61,744 nt of DNA from an uncultured Bacteroidota bacterium (lineage in GTDB: Bacteria; Bacteroidota; Bacteroidia; Flavobacteriales; Flavobacteriaceae), in contig CAIRMK010000210.1 of assembly GCA_903879645.1 (NCBI GenBank), positions 1 through 61,744 of the forward strand, read 5' to 3'. Below are positions 29,801 to 39,948 of the stretch, in pieces. The notes under the pieces were generated by a model, which was not told where the DNA came from, ran no database searches, and worked only from the letters and a program-made list of their open reading frames with translations. How positions within the stretch are numbered: the first letter of the stretch is position 1; each line of letters starts with the position of its first letter. Position numbers and translations under genes: made by a program.

Positions 29801-32518
29801 CTAAAATTGTTGACCAATAATAAAATGTGTTTGCCATCCACTTTTTACACTAGATCCTGGGACTGGATCAAACCCATCCGCAAAGTCAATTCCTAATAGT
29901 CCAAAGGCAGGCATAAATATTCTTATACCAAATCCTGCTGACCTCTGTAATAAGAACGGATTATATTCCCTAAAATTATTATAGGCTGCTCCAGCTTCAA
30001 GAAAAGTTAGACCATAAATTGATGCAGCGGCTTTTAATGTTAATGGATATCGCAACTCCATTGAAAACTTATTATAAATAGTTCCTCCAGTTGATGCTGA
30101 TAATGATTGGTTTGGATAACCTCTTAACTGAATTACTTCTCTTCCATCTAATGCATAATTAGCCAAGCCATCTCCTCCAAGGAAATATCTTTCAAAAGGC
30201 ACAACGCCTCTAGCTGAATTATAAGCGCCAAGGTAGCCAAATTCTCCTAAAGTTTTCAAGACTAATGCATGTTGGTCATCTCCATAAAGTTTAGTATACC
30301 AATCCATTTTTGCTTTAACTTTATAGTATTCTAGCCAATTAAATCTTTTTTGGTCAACTTTGGCTTGATCTATATCAGCTTCTTGATAATTATTTACTTT
30401 AACATACCCTGTAATAGGAACTCCATTTTTAATTACAGTTGTTAGTTTTATATAATCTCCAGTGTTAATATATGTGTTTAATGGGTCTACTGTGCTATAG
30501 TAACCAGCTCCAGGATTAGTTAATTTATAATCCGCTTGATTGCCTAAATCTGCATAATTTATACCATTAAACATAGAATAAGGAAGAGTAAATTTTGCAT
30601 TAATACCAAATTCCGATCCTTTTGTTGGATATACTGGGTTTACTCCTTTGCTATTTCTTGTTAATCCAATATTAAAAGCAAAGTTTTTTGAAGAACCATT
30701 TCCAAAAGTAAACAATCCTGTATTATAATTGTGTAAATCATAATGTTGAAAACTTAATGCCGTTGACAATACAAAATAATCATCAGGGATAGTTAACCTT
30801 TTTGCAATTCCGACTGAAAGAGAAGTTATATTGAAACTTTTACTTTTATCTATACTAGTATAAGATCCAGAATATAAATATTGCTTGCTTTCAGATATAG
30901 AAGTTGAAAAACTAATTGGTTTTTTGCCACCAAGCCAAGGTTCAGAAAAAGAAAGGCTATAAGTTCTAAAGAAAGTACTTGCTTGAAGTCGTAAAGCAAC
31001 TTTCTGACCATCTCCCATTGGAAGAGGATGATAAGAATCTTTTTTAAATAAATTTTGTATTGAAAAATTATTAAATGAAAGCCCTAATGTTCCAATAAAA
31101 CCTCCTCCGCCATAACCTCCCTGGAGTTCAACCTGGCTTGAACCTTTTTCTTTTAGGTTGTATTCAATATCTACTGTACCAGCTGTTGGGTCAACATTTT
31201 TAAATTTTGGATCAATTGCTTCTGGATCAAAAAATCCTAATTGACCAATTTCTCTAATTGTTCTTACTAAATCTTCTTTGCTATATTTTTGCCCAGGTTT
31301 AGTTCTTAATTCGCGATAAATAACTTTATCATTTGTTTTATCATTCCCAACAACAGAAATTTTATTGAAATAAGCAATTGGACCTTCAGTAACTCTTATT
31401 TCAAAATCTATAGAATCATTAGCAGTTTTAACTTCAACAGGATTTATATTTGAAAAAAGATATCCATTATTTTGATATAAATTTGTAATGTCTTCTCCAT
31501 CAGGTTTAGTTTTATCGGCAATTCTTTTTTCAAGTAATACGCCATTATAGATGTCACCTTTTTTAATTCCTAAAATGTTATTTAGTAACTGATCGGAATA
31601 TACTGAATTTCCTAAAAATTTAATATTCCCAAAGTAGTATTTTTTTCCTTCTTCTACTTTAATATTGATTCCAATTTTATTTTTTTTCTTATCTAACCAT
31701 ACAGAATCACTTATTATTCGAGCGTCTCGATATCCATTTTCTTTATAAGCATCAACAACTTTGACTAAATCTTCATCATATTTCTTTTTTATGAATTTAG
31801 AAGCTTTAAAAATTCGTATCGGATTTATTTGTTTTGTGTTTTTCATGGCCATTCGAAGTTTTTTATCAGTTAACTTCTCATTACCTTGAAAGGTGATATG
31901 CTTTATTTTTATTTTTTCACCTTTGTCTATAGCGACAAGTAAATCAACACCACTTTTGGTAGTGTCAACTATAGTTCTAATGTTTACTTTCGTTTTAAAA
32001 AATCCATCTTTTTTATACTTGTTCTCTAAATAGTTTTTAGTTGTATTTAGAAGATTTTCATTAACAATTTTTCCTTTTGTTAAACCATTTTCTTTAATTA
32101 AGTCATCTACCTTGTTTTTTTTAACTCCCACAAACTTAACTTCATTTAACTTTGGTAATTCTATAATATTCAAATCTAAGTAGATACTATCTCCTTTTAT
32201 ATCATTTATATAAAAATCAATATCACTAAATAAACCAAGTTTCCCTAATTTTTTAATAGCATTACTAACCTCTTCTCCAGGTACTGCAATATTTTGACCT
32301 TTTTCTAAACCTGAAAAAGTCACAACAGTTTGTTGATTATAGCTAATTTTTCCTATGACATTTACTTTTGCAAGAATATATTTTTTTCCTTGATCAAAAG
32401 ATATTTTATCTTGTGCATTTGAATGAAAAACAACCCCTAAAAGTAAAATTGTTATGAATATTTTAATATAGTTGTTTAGCACTCTATGTTTGTTTAATTT
32501 GTTCACTTGTTTTTCCAA
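29801..32518 (-). CDS. bamA: Outer-membrane protein assembly factor BamA
   Basis: POTRA repeats (GNDKTNDKVIYREL), LRGY loop motif, C-terminal GQQF. Likely TTG start at 32518 (MEKQVNKLN); the ORF track start is 32614. Confidence 0.93.
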   Translation of the reverse strand: MEKQVNKLNKHRVLNNYIKIFITILLLGVVFHSNAQDKISFDQGKKYILAKVNVIGKISYNQQTVVTFSGLEKGQNIAVPGEEVSNAIKKLGKLGLFSDIDFYINDIKGDSIYLDLNIIELPKLNEVKFVGVKKNKVDDLIKENGLTKGKIVNENLLNTTKNYLENKYKKDGFFKTKVNIRTIVDTTKSGVDLLVAIDKGEKIKIKHITFQGNEKLTDKKLRMAMKNTKQINPIRIFKASKFIKKKYDEDLVKVVDAYKENGYRDARIISDSVWLDKKKNKIGINIKVEEGKKYYFGNIKFLGNSVYSDQLLNNILGIKKGDIYNGVLLEKRIADKTKPDGEDITNLYQNNGYLFSNINPVEVKTANDSIDFEIRVTEGPIAYFNKISVVGNDKTNDKVIYRELRTKPGQKYSKEDLVRTIREIGQLGFFDPEAIDPKFKNVDPTAGTVDIEYNLKEKGSSQVELQGGYGGGGFIGTLGLSFNNFSIQNLFKKDSYHPLPMGDGQKVALRLQASTFFRTYSLSFSEPWLGGKKPISFSTSISESKQYLYSGSYTSIDKSKSFNITSLSVGIAKRLTIPDDYFVLSTALSFQHYDLHNYNTGLFTFGNGSSKNFAFNIGLTRNSKGVNPVYPTKGSEFGINAKFTLPYSMFNGINYADLGNQADYKLTNPGAGYYSTVDPLNTYINTGDYIKLTTVIKNGVPITGYVKVNNYQEADIDQAKVDQKRFNWLEYYKVKAKMDWYTKLYGDDQHALVLKTLGEFGYLGAYNSARGVVPFERYFLGGDGLANYALDGREVIQLRGYPNQSLSASTGGTIYNKFSMELRYPLTLKAAASIYGLTFLEAGAAYNNFREYNPFLLQRSAGFGIRIFMPAFGLLGIDFADGFDPVPGSSVKSGWQTHFIIGQQF

Positions 32519-33230
32519 ATCTTCGTTCTCTTTTTTGATAGCTAATAATGGCTTCATATAAATTTTCGTCAGTAAAATCGGGCCATAAAACATCAGTAAA
32601 AAATAATTCTGCATAAGCTATTTGCCATAGCAAGAAATTACTTATTCGGTGTTCGCCACTTGTTCTAATTAATAAATCTACATCAGGTAGATTGTGTGTG
32701 TAAAGATGCTGATTTATAATTGATTCATCAATAGTGTCTATTGAAATTATATTATTTTTAACTTTATAGCCTATGTTTTTAACAACATTTAATAATTCTT
32801 CACGTGAACCATAGCTCAAAGCTAGGGTTAAAGTCATACGAGTATTATCCTTTGTTTTATCAATAACATCATTTAATTCTTTTAAAATGGACTCGGGTAA
32901 TTTTGATAAATTTCCTATCGAATTTAATTGAATATTGTTTTTTTGTAATGATTTAAGTTCTTTTTTTAGAGAACGAACTAAAAGTTTCATCAAGGTATCA
33001 ACTTCTAATTTTGGCCTGTTCCAATTTTCTGTTGAAAACGCATATAGGGTTAAGTTTTCTATCCCCAATTTAGCACATGTTTCAACTGTAGATTTGACCG
33101 ATTTTGTACCGCTCTCATGTCCAAGAGTTCTCAATAAACCTTTTTGTTTTGCCCAACGTCCATTACCATCCATAATAATAGCAAGGTGTTTAGGTAAATT
33201 ATCTTTATTTATTGACTCTATTAAACTCAT
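32484..33230 (-). CDS. uppS: Undecaprenyl diphosphate synthase (isoprenyl transferase)
   Basis: HLAIIMDGNGRWA, YAFSTENWNRP, IRTSGEHRISNFLLWQ, RRFG. Confidence 0.97.
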   Translation of the reverse strand: MSLIESINKDNLPKHLAIIMDGNGRWAKQKGLLRTLGHESGTKSVKSTVETCAKLGIENLTLYAFSTENWNRPKLEVDTLMKLLVRSLKKELKSLQKNNIQLNSIGNLSKLPESILKELNDVIDKTKDNTRMTLTLALSYGSREELLNVVKNIGYKVKNNIISIDTIDESIINQHLYTHNLPDVDLLIRTSGEHRISNFLLWQIAYAELFFTDVLWPDFTDENLYEAIISYQKRERRFGKTSEQIKQT

Positions 33231-33234
33231 ATTT

Positions 33235-33915
33235 TTAATCTGCGCAATAACAAGGTTTTTGTCCAAAAGTGTACGTTAAAGTAAACCCAGTAAACACATA
33301 CCAGTCTTTGCTATTTATATTTCCAAATTTTAATGATTCTAAATTTGGATTTTTAGGTAAGCTACCATCTAAATTATCTGTCATCGAATATCTTGCACCA
33401 ATTTCAAACCCTAATATCCATTCTTTTGTTATATTAGATTTAACGCCAACGGTCATTGGAATTGCAAATGTTCCATGATTCATATCTTTTTTTGTTATTC
33501 CATTTAAAACATATAATTCATCATAATTGGTATAACATAATCCGGTGAATATATATGGAGTAATTTTTGTTCCAAATTCATGAAGGTTAAAATCAAAAAA
33601 ATTGAACTCTAATCCAGCTGAAACTTCTTTAATATTGTTTTCAAAATTATAACCTCTCAAATATCTACCGGGCACCTTTGAATCTAAATCATTAGCGGTA
33701 ATCTTTGATTGTATGTACGAAAATCTCCAAGCATGTCTTGGACTTTTATTCCATTTATATATAAAACCATAAGCTAATTCATTAGGATTAACATAATTTG
33801 TTTTTCCAACATCACCAATATAATTACTACCACCAAGAAAAACTCCGATTTCATTTATCTGAGCATTTGATTTTGTTAATCCTAATATAAAAATAAATAA
33901 AAATATTTTTTTCAT
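33235..33915 (-). CDS. porG: Small outer-membrane beta-barrel, T9SS PorG / DUF6089 family
   Basis: Signal peptide, EIGVFLGGSNYIGD, TDNLDG, DWYVFTGFTLTYTFG..PCYC; position upstream of uppS-bamA. Confidence 0.75.
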   Translation of the reverse strand: MKKIFLFIFILGLTKSNAQINEIGVFLGGSNYIGDVGKTNYVNPNELAYGFIYKWNKSPRHAWRFSYIQSKITANDLDSKVPGRYLRGYNFENNIKEVSAGLEFNFFDFNLHEFGTKITPYIFTGLCYTNYDELYVLNGITKKDMNHGTFAIPMTVGVKSNITKEWILGFEIGARYSMTDNLDGSLPKNPNLESLKFGNINSKDWYVFTGFTLTYTFGQKPCYCAD

Positions 33916-34080
33916 TAATCGAAAAATAGCGTGCAAATATAACAATTATAGACACTAATAAAACATGAGATTAGTATTTATAATAAATTAAAATTGATGC
34001 AATTATAGTTGAAATTAAAATTCACTTAAAATAATCAACTATTTAACGGAAAAAACGGAAATGTAGTATCGTAACAAAGA

Positions 34081-34965
34081 TTAATTTCTTTTGTCTTCGC
34101 CCCAAAGAAGTTTGTTTCTAAGTGTTTTTAAGAAAGTTTCATTGGGAATTTCGACCATATTGATTTGGAAAGGTGTTTTTCTAATAGTTAAGACCGAATT
34201 ATTATTCAGCGTTGCAATTCTTGAATCTAAAGAAACTAAATATTGATCTTCACGCCCAGAAACTTTTAGTTTTATTTTGGTATCATCAGGAATTACTAGT
34301 GGTCTTGCGTTCAAATTATGTGGTGCTATAGGCGTAATCACTAATCCCTTTACTTCTGGTGTTAAGATGGGACCACCGCAACTTAAAGAATATCCTGTAG
34401 AACCTGTTGGGGTTGAAATTATTAATCCATCTGCCCAATAAGAATTTAGATATTCATCATTTAATGAAGTTTCGATTGTAATCATTGAAGTAGTGTCTTT
34501 TCTACTGACAGTAACTTCATTCATTGCAAAATTCATCTCATTTATTTGTTCGTTTTCTGGAGAACATTCTAAACTTAAAAGTGTTCTTTGAGAAATGGAG
34601 TAGTTTTTTTCTAAAACTAATTGTAAAAAGGTTTCAATATTTTCTTTTGGAACTTTTGCTAAAAACCCTAATCTCCCGGCATTAATACCGATAATAGGTA
34701 TTCCAGAATCTCTTACAAACGTAGCTGCTCTTAAAATAGTTCCATCACCGCCTATACTCACTAAAATGTCAAAACTCGAGTCCAAACACTTATGGCTCTT
34801 AAACGTTTTATAGTCTCTTTTTAGAATTTCTTGACTGTATAATATTTTCAAAAAATTTTCTTCAATAACTAATTCTACATTATTATCATTAAAAAATAAA
34901 AATATATCCTTAATGATTGGTCGTGTGTCGTTTTGATAATATTGTCCGAAGATGGCTATTTTCAT
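34081..34965 (-). CDS. nadK: NAD kinase
   Basis: GGDGTIL, GINAGRLGFL, NE, DGLIISTPTGSTGYSLSCGGP. Confidence 0.96.
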   Translation of the reverse strand: MKIAIFGQYYQNDTRPIIKDIFLFFNDNNVELVIEENFLKILYSQEILKRDYKTFKSHKCLDSSFDILVSIGGDGTILRAATFVRDSGIPIIGINAGRLGFLAKVPKENIETFLQLVLEKNYSISQRTLLSLECSPENEQINEMNFAMNEVTVSRKDTTSMITIETSLNDEYLNSYWADGLIISTPTGSTGYSLSCGGPILTPEVKGLVITPIAPHNLNARPLVIPDDTKIKLKVSGREDQYLVSLDSRIATLNNNSVLTIRKTPFQINMVEIPNETFLKTLRNKLLWGEDKRN

Positions 34966-34975
34966 TTTTTTTAGA

Positions 34976-35635
34976 TTACATATTTAAATACTTGTCTAAA
35001 TACTCTGAACGTTCTTTTAAATTATTTAAATAATTATCTTCATTATGCTCTGAAACAATTTCGTAGTTATATCTTCTAAAAGTTTGAATAATGTCGTTCA
35101 TCCCTCCTAGCGCAATTTTGATTGTGACTTGAACACTTTCCAAGTCCGCTTCAGAAATGAAAAGCCCCAATAATTTTCCGTTATTACTTTCAATAATTTG
35201 AGTAATTTGACTCATTGAATACTCTGAAGCACTCTTTTTTACAACAATAATTCCGCCTTGTTCTTTTAAAAAAGGGGTTTCATGAAAAAATTTCACTATG
35301 TCTTCTAATTCGTAATAACCTAAATAAGCATTTTCTTGATTTAATACAGGAACAATATTAGTGTGGTTTTTTGCAAATACCTCCAATACATCCAACCATA
35401 TCATGGTATCTCTTGCAAAAAAACCTTCCAAAGCATATTTGTAATCCATTACTTTCTTGTCAGTATCAAATGTTTCAACATCAGCAGCAGCAATGCATCC
35501 AATATAAGTTCCCTCATTTAGTACCGCAAAATGAGAATAAGGAACATCTATGAAAAATTCTTGAAGTGCCTCAATAGTTTGTTGACCATCAATGGCTTTA
35601 TCGTCGTTATTAATGTAGTCTATAATTTCCGTCAT
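34976..35635 (-). CDS. CBS-domain protein (AcuB-like)
   Basis: Two CBS-like repeats plus an ACT-like C-terminus; upstream of nadK. Confidence 0.75.
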   Translation of the reverse strand: MTEIIDYINNDDKAIDGQQTIEALQEFFIDVPYSHFAVLNEGTYIGCIAAADVETFDTDKKVMDYKYALEGFFARDTMIWLDVLEVFAKNHTNIVPVLNQENAYLGYYELEDIVKFFHETPFLKEQGGIIVVKKSASEYSMSQITQIIESNNGKLLGLFISEADLESVQVTIKIALGGMNDIIQTFRRYNYEIVSEHNEDNYLNNLKERSEYLDKYLNM

Positions 35636-35749
35636 ACTTTCATTTCATATAAGTAGTGCAAAATAATCAAATTTTAGAACATAAAACCTTATTTTAACTT
35701 TGTATTTTTGTAATCAGAATTTCAAAATTGAAATTATCTTAAAAGAACT

Positions 35750-36463
35750 ATGACAAAATTAAGTGTAAACATCAACAAAATTGCCACTTTAAGAAACGCT
35801 CGTGGCGGAAATGTACCCGATTTATTGCAAGTAGCCAAAGATATTCAAAAATTTGGGGCACAAGGAATCACAATTCATCCCCGACCAGATGAACGTCACA
35901 TTCGGTATCAAGATGCTCGTGATTTGAAACCAATAGTTTACACTGAATTCAATATTGAAGGAAATCCACAACATAATTTTATTGATTTGGTTTTGGAATG
36001 TAAACCAGAGCAAGTAACTTTAGTCCCAGATGCTATTGGGGCAATAACATCATCATCAGGTTGGGATACACTAAAACATCAATCCTATTTAACCGAAGTG
36101 ATTCAAGAATTTCAAAGAAATGGAATTCGTACTTCAATATTTGTAGATCCAATTTTAGAAATGATTGAAGGAGCAAAAGCAACGGGAACTGATAGAATTG
36201 AACTTTATACAGAAGAATTTGCGCATCAATATGGCGTAGGAAATTTGAAAGGAATTGAACCTTACACCAAAGTAGCATTATATGCCAATGAACTAAATTT
36301 AGGTATAAATGCAGGTCACGATTTGAGTTTAGATAACATTAAATTTTTCAAAGAAAACATTCCTGGCTTATTAGAAGTTTCTATTGGTCACGCATTAATT
36401 TCGGAAGCATTATACCTTGGTTTAGATAATGTCGTTAACATGTATTTGCAAAAATTAAAGTAA
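35750..36463 (+). CDS. pdxJ: Pyridoxine 5'-phosphate synthase
   Basis: LSVNINKIATLRNAR, HPRPDERHI, NAGHDL, SIGHA; TATTTTTG promoter at 35703-35710. Confidence 0.96.
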   Translation: MTKLSVNINKIATLRNARGGNVPDLLQVAKDIQKFGAQGITIHPRPDERHIRYQDARDLKPIVYTEFNIEGNPQHNFIDLVLECKPEQVTLVPDAIGAITSSSGWDTLKHQSYLTEVIQEFQRNGIRTSIFVDPILEMIEGAKATGTDRIELYTEEFAHQYGVGNLKGIEPYTKVALYANELNLGINAGHDLSLDNIKFFKENIPGLLEVSIGHALISEALYLGLDNVVNMYLQKLK

Positions 36464-36464
36464 G

Positions 36465-37226
36465 ATGTTATATTCAAGAATTGAAGGTCAAGGAAGAGCC
36501 CTATTAATCATTCATGGATTTTTAGGAATGTCAGACAATTGGAAATCGTTTGGCTCACTTTATGCTACAGAAGGGTTTCAAACCCACATGTTGGATTTGA
36601 GAAATCATGGAAAAAGTTTTCATTCGGATAATTTTAGTTATGACGTAATGTCGAAAGATGTCTTAGAATATTGTCAAGAGCATAATCTGCATAAAGTTTC
36701 TATAATTGGTCATTCAATGGGTGGAAAAGTGGCAATGTTGTTTGCAACACTATATCCCGAAATGGTTGAAAAACTAATTGTGGCAGATATTGGTCCAAAA
36801 TATTATAAGCCACATCACCAAGATATTTTTGCAGGATTAAATGCCATTGATTTTTCTTCAAAACCTAGCCGAACAGAAGTAGAAGAAATATTATATCCCT
36901 TTATATCTGACTTTGGAACTAGACAATTCTTAATGAAAAATTTGTATTGGATTGAGCCAGGACAATTAGGTTTCAGATTCAATTTGGAGGTTTTTAATAA
37001 AGAAATAGAAGTTATTGGAACGGCTTTACCAGAAAAAAATATCTTCGAAAAACCAACTATGTTCATTCGAGGAGGAAATTCAAATTATATTTTGGACGCG
37101 GATTTGCCCGAAATCAAAAAACATTTTCCGAATTTTGAATTAGTAACAATTCCAAATGTTGGACATTGGTTACATGCTGAAAATCCAAAAGTATTTTTTG
37201 AGGAAACGGCAAGGTTTTTGAAATAA
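36465..37226 (+). CDS. Alpha/beta hydrolase (YbfF-like esterase)
   Basis: HGFLG, DLRNHG, GHSMGG, GHWLHAENP. Confidence 0.92.
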   Translation: MLYSRIEGQGRALLIIHGFLGMSDNWKSFGSLYATEGFQTHMLDLRNHGKSFHSDNFSYDVMSKDVLEYCQEHNLHKVSIIGHSMGGKVAMLFATLYPEMVEKLIVADIGPKYYKPHHQDIFAGLNAIDFSSKPSRTEVEEILYPFISDFGTRQFLMKNLYWIEPGQLGFRFNLEVFNKEIEVIGTALPEKNIFEKPTMFIRGGNSNYILDADLPEIKKHFPNFELVTIPNVGHWLHAENPKVFFEETARFLK

Positions 37227-37259
37227 AGTGCAAGAATTTATAAATTAAATATTTTAAAA

Positions 37260-37610
37260 ATGAAACTACTTTTAAGAATACTTATCACTGCAATTCTTGT
37301 TATGGTTATTGCTCGATTTATGTCACCAAATGTTATTTTAGCTGATGGAATTCAAACCTCATTTATGGTGGCAATAGTACTAGGGCTTTTAAACTTTTTT
37401 GTAAAACCAATTTTGGTGTTGTTTACCTTGCCAGCAACAATTTTAACCTTAGGATTGTTTCTATTAGTAATAAATGCTATTATAATTATGCTGTGTAGTC
37501 ACTTTGTCACTGGTTTTCATGTCAATTCATTTTTTACTGCATTGTTGTTTAGTATTATATTATCTCTTTCACAATCATTGGTTTATAAACTTACAGAAGA
37601 CAATAAATAA
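37260..37610 (+). CDS. 4-TM 'phage holin family' (YvlD/DUF360) membrane protein
   Basis: LGLLNFFVKPIL..TLPATILTLGLFLLVINA. Confidence 0.85.
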   Translation: MKLLLRILITAILVMVIARFMSPNVILADGIQTSFMVAIVLGLLNFFVKPILVLFTLPATILTLGLFLLVINAIIIMLCSHFVTGFHVNSFFTALLFSIILSLSQSLVYKLTEDNK

Positions 37611-37699
37611 TACTTTAAAAATCAATAAAATAAAATTGGTTGGGTTGCATAAATGTTATAATTTTGCCACCCAATTTTATTATGTAAATTATTATCAAA

Positions 37700-39025
37700 A
37701 TGGATATTAAAAGAGTTGCAATTGATGCAGTAAATGAAGTAATAGTGCTTACCGTTCCACACATGGATTATAAAGGTCAAGTAGCCAAAAGAATAAACGA
37801 AAAAATGCCATTGGCAACGGTAAAAGGTTTCCGTAAAGGAGCAGTACCAAAAGCACTGGTAGAAAAACAATATGGAGCAGCTATAAAAGTTGAAGAAGTA
37901 AATAAAGTGGTGAGTTTAGCTCTTGAGCGTTTCTTGCAATCGGAAAGAATTAATCTTCTTGGAACTCCACTACCTAAAGTAAATGAAAATTTTTCTTGGA
38001 ATGATGAAGAATTAACTTTTGAATATGAAATAGGAATCGTTCCTGAATTTGAAATTGATTTGGATGCTAAAAGTGATGTTGTAAAATACAAAATCATAGC
38101 GGATGACAAGATGTTAAATGACCAAATTGCAAGAATTCAAAAACAATACGGAAAAATTATTTCACAACACGAAGTTGCTAAAGGAAATGATGTTTCGGGT
38201 GTATTTGTAAATGAAGAAGCAGGAATCAACAATAGAACCACAATCGATTTAGAAGAACTTGCTGATGCAAAATTAGCTAAATCTTTTATTGGTAAAAAGG
38301 TTGGAGATGTGGTTAGCATGAAAACTAAAGGTTTGTTTCATGATGCTCACAAATTAATGGATTACTTGGCAGTTCCTCATGATGATGTTCATGATTTAGA
38401 CATTGAAGTAACATTTACAATTGACGAAGTGGTAGCTCACGAACCAGCGGAATTAAATCAAGAATTATTTGATAAACTTTTTGGTGCAGGAAATGTGAAT
38501 TCAGTTGAAGAATTGACAGCAAAAATAAAAGAAGATGCCGAAAAACACTTTGCTACACAAGCAGATCAAAAGTTAATGGCAGATGTTCAAGATTTCTTAA
38601 TCGAAAACAATAAATTCGATTTACCTAAAGAGTTTTTAGTAAAATGGCTACAAACTGTTGGTGAGAAAAAATTATCTCCAGCAGAAGCTGAAATAGAATA
38701 CAATCGTTCAGAAAAAGGATTGCGTTTTCAATTAATTGAAGGTAAAGCATTAGCTCAAAGTAATATTCAAGTGAATTTTGAAGATTTGAAATCATTTACT
38801 AGTACAGCAATTCGTCAACAAATGGCGCAATATGGGCAAACTAATCCAACTGATGAAGAAGTAGAAGGAATTGTAGCTCGCGTTTTATCAAACCAAGAAG
38901 AAGTAAAAAGATTATCAGAACAAGTGGTAGCTGATAAAATGTTGAAATTATTTGTAGAAAAAGCAAATCCAACAACTAAAGAAGTTACTTATGAGCAATT
39001 TGTTGCAGCAATGTACAACGAATAG
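37700..39025 (+). CDS. tig: Trigger factor
   Basis: GFRKGAVP ribosome-binding motif; upstream of clpP-clpX; TAATTTTG promoter at 37659-37666. Confidence 0.93.
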   Translation: MDIKRVAIDAVNEVIVLTVPHMDYKGQVAKRINEKMPLATVKGFRKGAVPKALVEKQYGAAIKVEEVNKVVSLALERFLQSERINLLGTPLPKVNENFSWNDEELTFEYEIGIVPEFEIDLDAKSDVVKYKIIADDKMLNDQIARIQKQYGKIISQHEVAKGNDVSGVFVNEEAGINNRTTIDLEELADAKLAKSFIGKKVGDVVSMKTKGLFHDAHKLMDYLAVPHDDVHDLDIEVTFTIDEVVAHEPAELNQELFDKLFGAGNVNSVEELTAKIKEDAEKHFATQADQKLMADVQDFLIENNKFDLPKEFLVKWLQTVGEKKLSPAEAEIEYNRSEKGLRFQLIEGKALAQSNIQVNFEDLKSFTSTAIRQQMAQYGQTNPTDEEVEGIVARVLSNQEEVKRLSEQVVADKMLKLFVEKANPTTKEVTYEQFVAAMYNE

Positions 39026-39049
39026 ATTATAAAATAATTAGTATATTTG

Positions 39050-39082
39050 AGCGTCAAAATTAAATAGATTTTGACGCTTTTT
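39050..39082 (+). terminator. Intrinsic terminator after tig
   Basis: AGCGTCAAAAT...ATTTTGACGCT followed by a T-run. Confidence 0.75.
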
Positions 39083-39089
39083 ATATTAA

Positions 39090-39127
39090 GACAGTTTGTC
39101 ACTTAAAATAAAAGGTACGACCTTTGC
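39090..39127 (+). promoter_or_regulatory. Putative sigma-54 -24/-12 promoter with upstream GACA-N3-TGTC palindrome, before clpP
   Basis: GG(39114-39115)-TACGACCTTT-GC(39126-39127) gives GG-N10-GC; GACAGTTTGTC at 39090-39100. Confidence 0.5.
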
Positions 39128-39205
39128 TTTAAACAGACAACTATAAGTTTTAGTTCTATAACTTTAAACTTTGAAACATATAAACCTTTTAAACTAAAAT
39201 TTAAA

Positions 39206-39877
39206 ATGAACTACGGAAAAGAATTTAAAAAATTTGCTACCAAACACCAAGGTGTAAACGCAATGTATTATGACAAAATTGTCGGTGCAATGACACCAAC
39301 AAACATGACCCCTTATATTATTGAAGAACGTCAATTGAATATTTCTCAACTGGATGTTTTTTCTAGATTAATGATGGACAGAATCATCTTTCTTGGTACA
39401 GGAATTGATGATCAAATAGCCAACATCGTTCAAGCGCAATTACTTTTTTTAGAAAGTGCTGATGCGTCTAAAGACATTCAAATTTATCTAAACTCTCCAG
39501 GCGGAAGCGTGTATGCTGGTTTAGGAATTTATGATACTATGCAATACATCAAGCCAGACGTAGCGACCATTTGCACAGGCATGGCAGCATCAATGGGTGC
39601 CGTTTTATTGTGTGCTGGTGCAGCAGGAAAACGTTCTGCATTACCACATTCAAGAGTAATGATTCACCAACCATCAGGTGGAGCACAAGGAGTTGCTACC
39701 GATATGGAAATCAACTTACGTGAAATGTTGAAATTGAAAGATGAATTGTATAACATTATATCGCATCATTCAGGACAAACATTTGATAAAGTGCACAAAG
39801 ATTCTGAACGTGATTATTGGATGATTGCTGATGAAGCAAAAGAATACGGAATGATTGATGAAGTTTTAAGAAGATAA
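39206..39877 (+). CDS. clpP: ATP-dependent Clp protease proteolytic subunit
   Basis: DVFSRL, YLNSPGG, AASMG, MIHQP. Confidence 0.98.
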   Translation: MNYGKEFKKFATKHQGVNAMYYDKIVGAMTPTNMTPYIIEERQLNISQLDVFSRLMMDRIIFLGTGIDDQIANIVQAQLLFLESADASKDIQIYLNSPGGSVYAGLGIYDTMQYIKPDVATICTGMAASMGAVLLCAGAAGKRSALPHSRVMIHQPSGGAQGVATDMEINLREMLKLKDELYNIISHHSGQTFDKVHKDSERDYWMIADEAKEYGMIDEVLRR

Positions 39878-39883
39878 ATTTAA

Positions 39884-39943
39884 AGTAATTAGTGATTAGT
39901 AAATAGTGAAGAGCTATTTATTAATCACTTTTCACTAATGACT
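39884..39943. repeat. 7-nt-periodic inverted repeat in the clpP-clpX spacer
   Basis: AGTAATT AGTGATT AGTAAAT AGTGAAG / ATTTATT AATCACT TTTCACT AATGACT. Confidence 0.72.
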
Positions 39944-39948
39944 AAAAA

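Noticed and set aside
32519-32614. Long uppS/bamA overlap implied by the ORF track
   Set aside because: A TTG at 32518 gives a more plausible N-terminus and only a 35-bp overlap.
37260-37610. 'Phage holin' gene as evidence of a prophage
   Set aside because: This family is commonly chromosomal; the neighbours are housekeeping genes and there are no phage genes.
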